From an uncultured Gemmatimonadales bacterium (lineage in GTDB: Bacteria > Gemmatimonadota > Gemmatimonadetes > Longimicrobiales > RSA9): DNA of 64,000 nucleotides. The stretch covers positions 160,001 through 224,000 of the forward strand of contig CAVUKA010000003.1 of the NCBI GenBank assembly GCA_963741945.1, read 5' to 3'. The position numbers were made by a program, and so were the translations under genes. A model generated the notes under the pieces. It did not search any database, was not told the origin of the DNA, and worked only from the letters and a program-made list of their open reading frames with translations. Of the stretch, positions 48,299 through 56,464 are shown one piece after another; position 1 is the stretch's first letter, and each line of letters starts with the position of its first letter.

Positions 48299-49552
48299 AT
48301 GGCCGTGAGTCCCCTGGTCGGCGTCCTCATCCTGGTCCTTCTGGGGCTGCTCGGCGCGCGATTCGCCTTCGATCCGGCCCGCTCACCCCTCGGGCCGCGT
48401 CTGGTACTCGCTACCGGCTCCCACTTCGTGCTGGTGGGCGTGCTCCTCGGCCCCGTCCTCGGGCTCCTCACCTACGACGTGATCGGGCGCCTGGAGCCGT
48501 TCATGGCCCTTGGGCTCGGCTGGATCGGCCTCCTCTTCGGGCTCCAGCTGGACCGACGACAGCTCCGCCAGTTCCCGCCCGCCTTCCTCTTCTTCACCCT
48601 CCTGCAAGCGGCCATCGCCTTCGTTGTCTTCGCCGCAGTGGCACTGGTCGCCTTCCGCCTCACGGGACCCGAAGATCCCATGGGTCCGGCTGCCGTCATG
48701 GCTGCGGCGGCCACGGCCGCGGTTTCCACCCCGGCGGGCGTGGCGCTCATCAGTCGCACGTTCCGGGTCCAGGGCCCGGTGACCCGGCTTCTCTTCTACG
48801 TCGCCAGCCTCGACGCCATCGTGGGGATCGTGGCGCTGCAGCTCACGTACGCCGTGTTCCACCCGGCCGCCGCCGCCGTGGGGGGCTTCGGGTGGGGCGT
48901 GTGGATGGGCGTGGCGCTCGCCATCGGGATCATCTTCGGCGTCTTCTTCCTCTGGCTGAGCCGACCCAAACCGGAGCGCGACGAGCTGACGCTGTTCCTC
49001 CTGGGGCTCGTGATGTTCGAAGCCGGAGCCGCGCTCTACCTGGGTATCTCGCCCCTTTTCGTGTCCATGATCACCGGCATCGTGGTGGCCAACATGTCGC
49101 CCTCGCGGCGACGGGCGTTCTCCATCCTCCAGAACTGGGAAAGACCCGTGTACGTGGTGGTCCTGATCCTGGCCGGTGCCCTCATCAGCTTCGCCGACTG
49201 GGTGACCATCCCGCTGGCCGTGGGGTATGCCGTACTGCGGAGCATGGCCAAGTACGCGGCGGGCGCGTTGAGCGCCTATCTCGTCCCCCTCCGCTTCACC
49301 GTTCCCAGCCAGATCGGCGGAGGGCTGATCGCGCAGGGCGGGATCAGTCTGGCCATGGGACTCAGCGCCACCTTAACTTACGGTGCTGTTGCGGGATCGG
49401 CCGGGGTGGCCGTGCGCGTCGTCATCGGTGCCATCGTGCTGGGCGTGGCCGCAAGCGAGCTTGTGGCACCGTTCGTCACGCGTGACCTGCTGCGCCGCGC
49501 CGGTGAGATCACGCCCGGCCACGAAACCGCGCTGGCGAAAGAGGCCGAGTGA
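48299..49552 (+). CDS. Cation:proton antiporter-like membrane protein (CPA2-like)
   Basis: About 12-13 hydrophobic segments; LGWIG..FGLQL, STPA, ASLD, SPL, LR..AK, QGG.S.A motifs. Confidence 0.75.
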   Translation: MAVSPLVGVLILVLLGLLGARFAFDPARSPLGPRLVLATGSHFVLVGVLLGPVLGLLTYDVIGRLEPFMALGLGWIGLLFGLQLDRRQLRQFPPAFLFFTLLQAAIAFVVFAAVALVAFRLTGPEDPMGPAAVMAAAATAAVSTPAGVALISRTFRVQGPVTRLLFYVASLDAIVGIVALQLTYAVFHPAAAAVGGFGWGVWMGVALAIGIIFGVFFLWLSRPKPERDELTLFLLGLVMFEAGAALYLGISPLFVSMITGIVVANMSPSRRRAFSILQNWERPVYVVVLILAGALISFADWVTIPLAVGYAVLRSMAKYAAGALSAYLVPLRFTVPSQIGGGLIAQGGISLAMGLSATLTYGAVAGSAGVAVRVVIGAIVLGVAASELVAPFVTRDLLRRAGEITPGHETALAKEAE

Positions 49553-49580
49553 TGCCGCTCACCACAACCGGACCCTAGCC

Positions 49581-50117
49581 ATGCAATCCTGGATGCTCCT
49601 CGCTCAGGCCCAGCCCGAGCTGATCTCGCACCTCGACAGGATCATGTGGGCACAGCTCGTCATGGCGGGAGTGATGGCCATCAGCGCCATCGTCGTGGTG
49701 GCTGCGGGATTGGCCATCCTCCTGATGGTTCGGCGTGCCATGAAGAAGATCGAGGAGGCGAAGAACGAGATCCTCCCCCACGTGACGCCCGTACTGAGCC
49801 GGGCGTCCACCATCGCCGATGATGTCCGCCACATCACTGCCGGCCTGCGCACCGACGCCAATGACGTGAACGAGACGGTTCGCGACTTCGTCACGCGCAC
49901 GAGAGGTGCCGTGGACTCGCTGGAACAGCGGGTGCAGCGGTTCGGGCTGGTGCTCGAGGTGGTGCAGGAGCAGGCGGAGTCGCTGCTCATGGACGCCGCG
50001 GCGACGGCGCGGGGCGTGCATACGACGGCCCGGGCGTTGCGGGACGACAAGCCGTCCAGCCCACGGGTCGGCACCCGGCGGGTCGAACGTTCTCCCAGAA
50101 AGCGGGATTCGCAATGA
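49581..50117 (+). CDS. DUF948/YtxG-like membrane-anchored helical protein
   Basis: One TM segment followed by a long amphipathic helical region; precedes a YtxH-like gene. Confidence 0.7.
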   Translation: MQSWMLLAQAQPELISHLDRIMWAQLVMAGVMAISAIVVVAAGLAILLMVRRAMKKIEEAKNEILPHVTPVLSRASTIADDVRHITAGLRTDANDVNETVRDFVTRTRGAVDSLEQRVQRFGLVLEVVQEQAESLLMDAAATARGVHTTARALRDDKPSSPRVGTRRVERSPRKRDSQ

Positions 50118-50488
50118 AACCGGAAGAGACCACCGAGTACATCACGGCCTTCGTGATCGGGACGCTCGTGGGCGTGGGGGCCGCCCTCCTTTTCGCCCCC
50201 ACACCGCCCACGAAGCGGGAGAAGCTCCTGAAGGAGCTGGAGCCGTACCGCAAGAAGCTGCGCAAGACCCGCAGTCGAGCGAGGAAGCAGGTGGATCGCG
50301 GCACGGGCGCGGCCACGGACTGGACGGAGGACATGGTGGCTGCGGGTCGCGCGGTCGCGAAGGAGCTGCGCGAAGAGATCACCGAGATGGTGAAGGACGC
50401 GCGCGAAGAGATCGGGGAAACGGTGCAGGCGCAGTTGAAGTCGGCGCAGGAGTCCGTGCGTCGGGGCAGGAAGAGGGTCGGGGGCTGA
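50114..50488 (+). CDS. YtxH-domain protein
   Basis: F..G.LVG.GAALLFAP signature followed by a charged helix; ATGA overlap. Confidence 0.85.
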   Translation: MKPEETTEYITAFVIGTLVGVGAALLFAPTPPTKREKLLKELEPYRKKLRKTRSRARKQVDRGTGAATDWTEDMVAAGRAVAKELREEITEMVKDAREEIGETVQAQLKSAQESVRRGRKRVGG

Positions 50489-50495
50489 ACCTGCC

Positions 50496-51419
50496 TTGAG
50501 CTTCATCTGGACCCTGGCGGGGGCCGTGGTGTTTCTGCTCCTGTCGCCGGATCGGCTGTTCGCCTTCGGCCCCGCCACGCACATCTTCCTCGGCGAGCAC
50601 CTCCTGAGCTCACTCTACCTCCTGCCGAGCGCGCTCGCGGATCTGCTGCGGGCGTATCCGCTCAGCTTCCTCTACGGGAACGTCGCGGCGGACATCTCGT
50701 TCGCGAAGAAGTACGTCCCCGCGGGTCGACACTCCCACTATTGGCACGTGGGCGAGGAAATCCTCGCCGGAGCTGGCAATGACCGGCTGCGCGCGGCCGG
50801 GATGGGCTATCTCTGCCACCTGGCCGCGGACACGGTCGCGCACAACTTCTACGTGCCGCGACAGCTCATGCTGACCAGCTCCACCAAGGCGCTGGGCCAC
50901 TCCTACTGGGAGCATCGCCTCGACGTGGAGCTCGGCGAAGGGTACACCGGGCGAGCGAGGGAGGTGGTCGTGGACTACGACCACGCGGAAGCGGACCACC
51001 TCTTCGACAGCATCCTGAGCGGCACCATCTTCTCGTTCGAGACCAACCGCCGGATCTTCCGGGGCATGGTACGCTTTCAGGACAACGAGCGGTGGCAGAA
51101 CGTCTTCGGCCGCGTCCTCGAGCGTTCGCGCTGGGACCTCCGCAACGCCGACGTGGAGGAGAACCTTTCCCGCGCGTTCGATTCCATGGTCGACTACCTG
51201 CTGCGGCGCCGCGCCGCGTTCGCCGCCGCCCGCGACCCCATCGGCGATTTCAATCTGCACCTCTCCAAGAAAGTCCGGCGGCTGGCGCTCCGGGACGGCA
51301 GCGCCGCCGATTACGGCCGGATGCGCGCCATGGCCGACGACTTCTTCCCGCTCCCGGAGGATGCTCTCGAGTACTGGGCCCGACGCGGCCGCCCTGAACG
51401 CTCGAGCGCCGGGGGCTGA
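50496..51419 (+). CDS. Zinc-dependent phospholipase C / S1-P1-like family protein with signal peptide
   Basis: Signal ...LFA then FGPATH; F.YG...AD; HSH; GYLCHLAAD..AH; H..WE..LD. Confidence 0.8.
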   Translation: MSFIWTLAGAVVFLLLSPDRLFAFGPATHIFLGEHLLSSLYLLPSALADLLRAYPLSFLYGNVAADISFAKKYVPAGRHSHYWHVGEEILAGAGNDRLRAAGMGYLCHLAADTVAHNFYVPRQLMLTSSTKALGHSYWEHRLDVELGEGYTGRAREVVVDYDHAEADHLFDSILSGTIFSFETNRRIFRGMVRFQDNERWQNVFGRVLERSRWDLRNADVEENLSRAFDSMVDYLLRRRAAFAAARDPIGDFNLHLSKKVRRLALRDGSAADYGRMRAMADDFFPLPEDALEYWARRGRPERSSAGG

Positions 51420-51424
51420 AGAGG

Positions 51425-53239
51425 TCAGCGCGCTTTCGAGCCGAGCCAGTCGCGCCTGAACCGCCGGACCTCGGGCGCCACCTCCCGCCCGGCGGCTTCG
51501 AAGCTGACGACGACGAGCGTCGGGTCCGGAGCCAGCTCCAACTCCGCCGTCTTGCGCATGCCCCGCTGCTCGAACATCAGGAGAACGCGGTCGCCCGGGG
51601 CGTGGGCAGCCAGAACGGCTTCGACGTCCGAAGCTGCGTTCACGGCGTGACCATCGAGACTGAGGAGCAGATCCCCCGCGGCCACGCCAGCCTGGTAGAG
51701 CGGCGTTCCCCTGGTGATCGGCTGGATGACGCGGGCGCCGCGGCCGTCGATACGGAGCGTGGGGTGTCCGATCCACGCCCGCTCGGGCTGCTCGGGCCGG
51801 AGCAGCAACCCCGCGGGCAGCAGCAGCTGCGCGTAGTCCATGACACCCCCGCTCTCCACGTACTGCCGGAAGTAGGCGCCGGCGAACGCGGAGTCGCCGC
51901 TCACCTCGGCCAGTGTGCGCTGCAGGTCGTCGCGCGTGTACGGGATCCCGGGTTTGCCGAAGCGCGTCCACAGCGCGCGCATGTAGGCATCCAGCGAGCT
52001 GTCGAAGCGCTCGCGCAGCGTGAGGTCCAGGCCGAGCCCCAGCACTTCGCCCCACGTGTAGTAGGAGATGAACGCGTTCGCCGCATCCATCTCGTCGATG
52101 TGCACCGCCGCGTCCACGAACGGCGCCATTTGACTCATCTGCACGGGGGAATGCACCGCGCGAGCCGGTGAGTTGATGACGGCGTCCAGTGCGCCGCCGA
52201 GGCTGGCCGCGTACTCGTCCAGGGAAGTGAAGCCGGCACGCGTGCGGACGAGCCCGTCGTAGTAGCTCGTGAAGCCCTCGCCGAGCCACAGGTTTCCGGA
52301 CATGTCCGCGCGCTCAAAGTCGAACGGCTCGATGGCCCGGTCCCGGATCCGCTCCATGTTCCAGGCGTGGAAGAACTCGTGGGCCAGCGTGCCCAGGTTC
52401 GCCATGGCGGAGGTGGAGAGGGGCCGTGTGCTGGAGATCAGGGTGGAGTTCCGGTGCTCCATTCCGTCGCCGTGGACCCACGGCAGGTAATCGGCGATGA
52501 ACGTGTACGTTCCGTAGTCGAAGGCGGGCAGCTCCCCGAACACCGCCCGCTCCTCCGCCACCACCGTGCGGGCCATGGCCGCGAACCGGTCCGCTTCCGC
52601 CGCGGTCCCCAGGTGATGGAGCGCGAGGCGGAACGTTTCCCCGTCCTGCTTCCACTCCCGGATGTCGTGGTCCGAGAGCTCTGTCGGCGAGTCCATCAGG
52701 TACTGCAGGTCGGGCGCCTCGAACGTGTTCGGCTCGTCCGTGGGCCGGAGCTGCGTCGCGACTTTCCACCCGTGGATCGGGCGGAACCGTACGCGGATCG
52801 GGGACGCGTGCTCGCCCCGAATGAACATGAACGCGGCGGGCATGTTGAAATGGGCGTGCGTGGAGTCCACACCGAGGTAGGTTCCGTCCGCGTGGTCACC
52901 GAAGACCGTATAGGTGAGTGCCATGGTGCCGTCGTGCCCCGATACGCGCCACTCGGAGGGCGTGATCCGCCGGATCGGCAACGTGTCCCCCGTCGCTCCC
53001 AGAGCCACGAGGTCGAAGACGTTCTTCGCGAAATCATGGATGGCGTAGCGGCCGGGCGAGCTGCGCGGCATGACCACGTTCACCGGTGTCCCGACCTCGA
53101 GATCGTGCACGGTCATGGTGATCCGGACCAGGTGGTGCGTCGCGTCCGGGAACGACACGTCATACTCCACCGGCGTCTGAGCCGCCGCCCGACCGGCCGC
53201 GACCCCCAGGCCCAGCACGACCATCAGCACTCGCTTCAT
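51425..53239 (-). CDS. Secreted M61 (glycyl aminopeptidase) family metallopeptidase with PDZ domain
   Basis: Signal peptide AAA-Q, PGRY, DSP.E, GMEHRNS, HEFFHAWN..RIR, LWLGEGFTSYY, C-terminal PDZ. Confidence 0.93.
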   Translation of the reverse strand: MKRVLMVVLGLGVAAGRAAAQTPVEYDVSFPDATHHLVRITMTVHDLEVGTPVNVVMPRSSPGRYAIHDFAKNVFDLVALGATGDTLPIRRITPSEWRVSGHDGTMALTYTVFGDHADGTYLGVDSTHAHFNMPAAFMFIRGEHASPIRVRFRPIHGWKVATQLRPTDEPNTFEAPDLQYLMDSPTELSDHDIREWKQDGETFRLALHHLGTAAEADRFAAMARTVVAEERAVFGELPAFDYGTYTFIADYLPWVHGDGMEHRNSTLISSTRPLSTSAMANLGTLAHEFFHAWNMERIRDRAIEPFDFERADMSGNLWLGEGFTSYYDGLVRTRAGFTSLDEYAASLGGALDAVINSPARAVHSPVQMSQMAPFVDAAVHIDEMDAANAFISYYTWGEVLGLGLDLTLRERFDSSLDAYMRALWTRFGKPGIPYTRDDLQRTLAEVSGDSAFAGAYFRQYVESGGVMDYAQLLLPAGLLLRPEQPERAWIGHPTLRIDGRGARVIQPITRGTPLYQAGVAAGDLLLSLDGHAVNAASDVEAVLAAHAPGDRVLLMFEQRGMRKTAELELAPDPTLVVVSFEAAGREVAPEVRRFRRDWLGSKAR

Positions 53240-54672
53240 CGATCCGTTCCTTTCGCACTGATCCCGCGCAACAGCTCGGCTGCGCGCTTCGGGTCGGCTT
53301 TCCCCTTCGAATGCGCCATCACGTATCCCATGAAGAACCCCACCAGCTGGATCTCCCCCGCTTCGAGCCGGGCCGCCTCCCGCGGATGTTCAGCGAGCGA
53401 CTCGGCCACCCACTGCGCCAGCTGTCGCTGGTCCGTCACCTGCGCCAGCCCTCGCTCGGCGATGATCTCGGGCGCCGTGCGCCCTGTTTCCGCCATCCGG
53501 CCGAAGACCACCCGCGCCATCGTGCTCGACACCGTCCCGTCGCCCACCAGCGATACCAGCTCTCCCAGCCGCGACGCCGGGATCGGGAAGTCGGTGATCG
53601 TGCCCCCGTTCTCGTTCAGCCATCCCAGCACGCCCGTCATCACCCAGTTGCTCGCCGCCTTGGCATCTCCGGCCACTACCGCCACCGCCTCGAAGTAGTC
53701 GGCCACGGCCGGGCTGGCCGTCAGAACTCCGGCGTCGTACCCGGGAAGTCCGTAGGCCCTCTCGAATCGCGCCTCGCGGGCGTCCGGGAGCTCGGGCAGC
53801 GATTCACGGATGGCCGTCACCTCGTCCGCGTCCACGCGCAGCGGAGGCAGGTCGGGGTCGGGGAAATACCGGTAGTCTCTGGAGGACTCCTTGGACCGCA
53901 TGGGACGCGCTTCCCCCGTCTCCCCATCCCACAGCAGCGTCTCGTGAACCACCCGCCTCCCTGCGTCGAGGATCGCGGCCTGCCGCCCGGCTTCGAACTC
54001 CAGCGCCCGCTCCACGGCCGCGAACGAGTTCATGTTCTTCACTTCCGTATGCGTGCCCAGGTCGCGGGTGCCCGCGCTGCGCAGCGACAGGTTGGCGTCC
54101 ACGCGCAGGCTCCCCTTCTCCATGTCGCAGTCGCTCACTTCCACGTACTGCAGCAGCCGCTTCAGCCGCGTCAGGAACAGCCGCGCTTGCGCGGGACCGG
54201 CCAGGTCCGGCTCCGTGACGATCTCGATCAGCGGAACGCCGGCCCGGTTCAGGTCGACGGCCGTGCGCCCGGGAAGGCGGTCGTGGAGTGATCTTCCCGC
54301 GTCCTCCTCCAGGTGAATCCGGCGGATGCGCACCTTCTCCCCGCCCGCGCGAAGCCAGCCGCCGGTAGCCAGCGGCCGATCGTACTGCGTGATCTGATAG
54401 CCCTTCGGCAGGTCGGGGTAGAAGTAGTTCTTGCGCGCGAACACGCTGTCTTCGTGAACATCGCACCCCAACGCCACGGCCGCGCGGACGGCGAGCTCGA
54501 CCGCCTTCCCGTTCGCCACGGGGAGCGCCCCCGGCAGACCGAGGCAGACCGGACAGACGCGGGTGTTCGGCTCACCACCGAACTGCGCGAGGTCGCCGCA
54601 GAACATCTTGGTCCGCGTGGCCAGCTGGACGTGGATCTCCAGGCCGATCACCGGATCGTAGGCGGCGCTCAC
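53236..54672 (-). CDS. gatB: Asp/Glu-tRNA amidotransferase subunit B
   Basis: IGLEIHVQL, RKNYFYPD, HLEEDAG, NRAGVPLIEIV, YRYFPDPDL. GTG start overlaps the gatA stop. Confidence 0.97.
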   Translation of the reverse strand: MSAAYDPVIGLEIHVQLATRTKMFCGDLAQFGGEPNTRVCPVCLGLPGALPVANGKAVELAVRAAVALGCDVHEDSVFARKNYFYPDLPKGYQITQYDRPLATGGWLRAGGEKVRIRRIHLEEDAGRSLHDRLPGRTAVDLNRAGVPLIEIVTEPDLAGPAQARLFLTRLKRLLQYVEVSDCDMEKGSLRVDANLSLRSAGTRDLGTHTEVKNMNSFAAVERALEFEAGRQAAILDAGRRVVHETLLWDGETGEARPMRSKESSRDYRYFPDPDLPPLRVDADEVTAIRESLPELPDAREARFERAYGLPGYDAGVLTASPAVADYFEAVAVVAGDAKAASNWVMTGVLGWLNENGGTITDFPIPASRLGELVSLVGDGTVSSTMARVVFGRMAETGRTAPEIIAERGLAQVTDQRQLAQWVAESLAEHPREAARLEAGEIQLVGFFMGYVMAHSKGKADPKRAAELLRGISAKGTDR

Positions 54673-56084
54673 CGTCCTCCCTCCCCCAGCGCGCGCTCCA
54701 GCGCGCGCGCCACTCTCACCATGACCGGCTCCCCCCACCGCGGCGCGAGGATCTGCCCGCCCACCGGCAGCCCATCGACCCGGCCGATCGGCACGGACAT
54801 GCCGGGGATCATGGCCAGGTTCGCGGTCACCGTGAAGATGTCCGACAGGTACATGGCGTACGGGTCATCCGCCCGCTCGCCGAGCCGGAACGCCGGCGAC
54901 GGTGTGGTGGGCGTGAAGATCACGTCCACGCCCGACGCGAACGCTGCCTCGAAGTCCAGGGTGATGCGGCCGCGGACGCGCTGAGCCCGCGCGTAATACC
55001 GGTCGTGGTACCCGGCGGAAAGCGCGAACGTCCCCAGCATGATGCGCCGCTTCACTTCCGCACCGAATCCCGCTTCTCGCGTGGCGGCGTACACCTCCCG
55101 GGTCGACCGTGCCGGCGAGCGGAGCCCGAAGCGGATGCCATCGAACCGGGCCAGGTTGCTGGAGGCTTCGGCTGGCGCCAGGACGTAGTATGCGGGGATC
55201 GCGTATCGGGTGTGCGGCAGCGAGATGCGGCGCACGTCCGCGCCGGCGTCCGCAAGCGCATCCAGCGCGGTGGCGCAGCGCTCGCGGACGCCCGCGTCCA
55301 GTTCATCCGGGAAGTACTCGTCCGGCACACCCACGACGAGGCCGCGCACCCCACGGTCCAGCCGCCCCAGAAGGTCGGGCGCCGGCCGGTCGTCGCACGT
55401 GGAGTCCAGTGGGTCACGCCCCGCGACCACTTCCAGGAGCAGCGCCGCATCCTCCACCGTGCGGCCGAACGTGCCCACCTGGTCCATGGACGACGCGAAC
55501 GCCACCAGACCGTACCGACTCACCCGACCGTAGCCGGGCTTGATCCCCACGACACCGCAGAAGGCAGCCGGCTGGCGCACGGAGCCGCCCGTCTCGGAGC
55601 CCAGCGCCATCGGGACGATCCCGGCCGCGACTGCGGCCGCGGAGCCGCCGGAAGATCCGCCCGGCACGCGCGCGCGATCGTGCGGGTTGCGCGTGGGGCC
55701 GAACGCGGAGTGCTCCGTGGACGAGCCCATGGCGAATTCATCCATGTTCGTCTTGCCCGCAACCAGCGCCCCCGCTGCGCGCAGGCGGCGGACCACGGTT
55801 GCGTCGAAGGGCGATCGGTAGCCCTCGAGCATGCGCGAGGCGCAGGTAGTGGGGTGGTCCAGCGTCGCAAGGTTGTCCTTCACCCCGACCGGTACCCCGG
55901 CCAGGCGAGGAGCCCCCCGGCCCTCATCGCGCCCTCGCGCCAGCTCTTCCTCCAGTGCCACGGCACGCGCTCGGAGCGCTCGCGCGTCGTGGCTGAGGAA
56001 GGCGTGCAGCGCACCATCCTTCTCCGCGATGGCCGAGGACACACCCGCCGCCACGTCCACGGGCGACACGTGGCCCGCCGCCAC
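54669..56084 (-). CDS. gatA: Asp/Glu-tRNA amidotransferase subunit A
   Basis: KDN, GKTNMDEFAMGSS, GGSSGGS, GSETGGSVRQPA, SSNLARFDG. Start uncertain (GTG 56084, or up to 56129). Confidence 0.95.
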   Translation of the reverse strand: MAAGHVSPVDVAAGVSSAIAEKDGALHAFLSHDARALRARAVALEEELARGRDEGRGAPRLAGVPVGVKDNLATLDHPTTCASRMLEGYRSPFDATVVRRLRAAGALVAGKTNMDEFAMGSSTEHSAFGPTRNPHDRARVPGGSSGGSAAAVAAGIVPMALGSETGGSVRQPAAFCGVVGIKPGYGRVSRYGLVAFASSMDQVGTFGRTVEDAALLLEVVAGRDPLDSTCDDRPAPDLLGRLDRGVRGLVVGVPDEYFPDELDAGVRERCATALDALADAGADVRRISLPHTRYAIPAYYVLAPAEASSNLARFDGIRFGLRSPARSTREVYAATREAGFGAEVKRRIMLGTFALSAGYHDRYYARAQRVRGRITLDFEAAFASGVDVIFTPTTPSPAFRLGERADDPYAMYLSDIFTVTANLAMIPGMSVPIGRVDGLPVGGQILAPRWGEPVMVRVARALERALGEGGR

Positions 56085-56125
56085 TGCGGCGGCCAGCTCC
56101 GCGCCGTCCGGCCCCGGCCCGGCGA

Positions 56126-56464
56126 CTACGGGGCCACCTCCTCGTCGTCCGCCGCCTCTCCCTGGTGCGATGCCAGCCGAGGCACGGTGAAGAAGCCGTC
56201 CTCCCATCCGGGAGCGAAGTCCGCGGGGTCGATCGCGAGCGGCTCGCCGGCCGGGGAGTCCGGGCGCAGCGGGGCGTACGCGCGCACCTGCCCACCCGAT
56301 CCGTCGACCGCTGGCGGTGCGCTTCCGTGCTCAGCCTCTGCGAGCGCGTCGACGTGAGCCAGGATCCCGTTGAGATCCGCCGTCATACGGTCGACGTCCG
56401 CATCGCCCAGGCGCAACCGCGCCAGACTGGACACGTGCCGCACGTCCTCCCGCGTCACACCCAT
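56126..56464 (-). CDS. gatC: Asp/Glu-tRNA amidotransferase subunit C
   Basis: DVRHV..LARL, LR.D, FF.VPR; upstream of gatA. Confidence 0.92.
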   Translation of the reverse strand: MGVTREDVRHVSSLARLRLGDADVDRMTADLNGILAHVDALAEAEHGSAPPAVDGSGGQVRAYAPLRPDSPAGEPLAIDPADFAPGWEDGFFTVPRLASHQGEAADDEEVAP

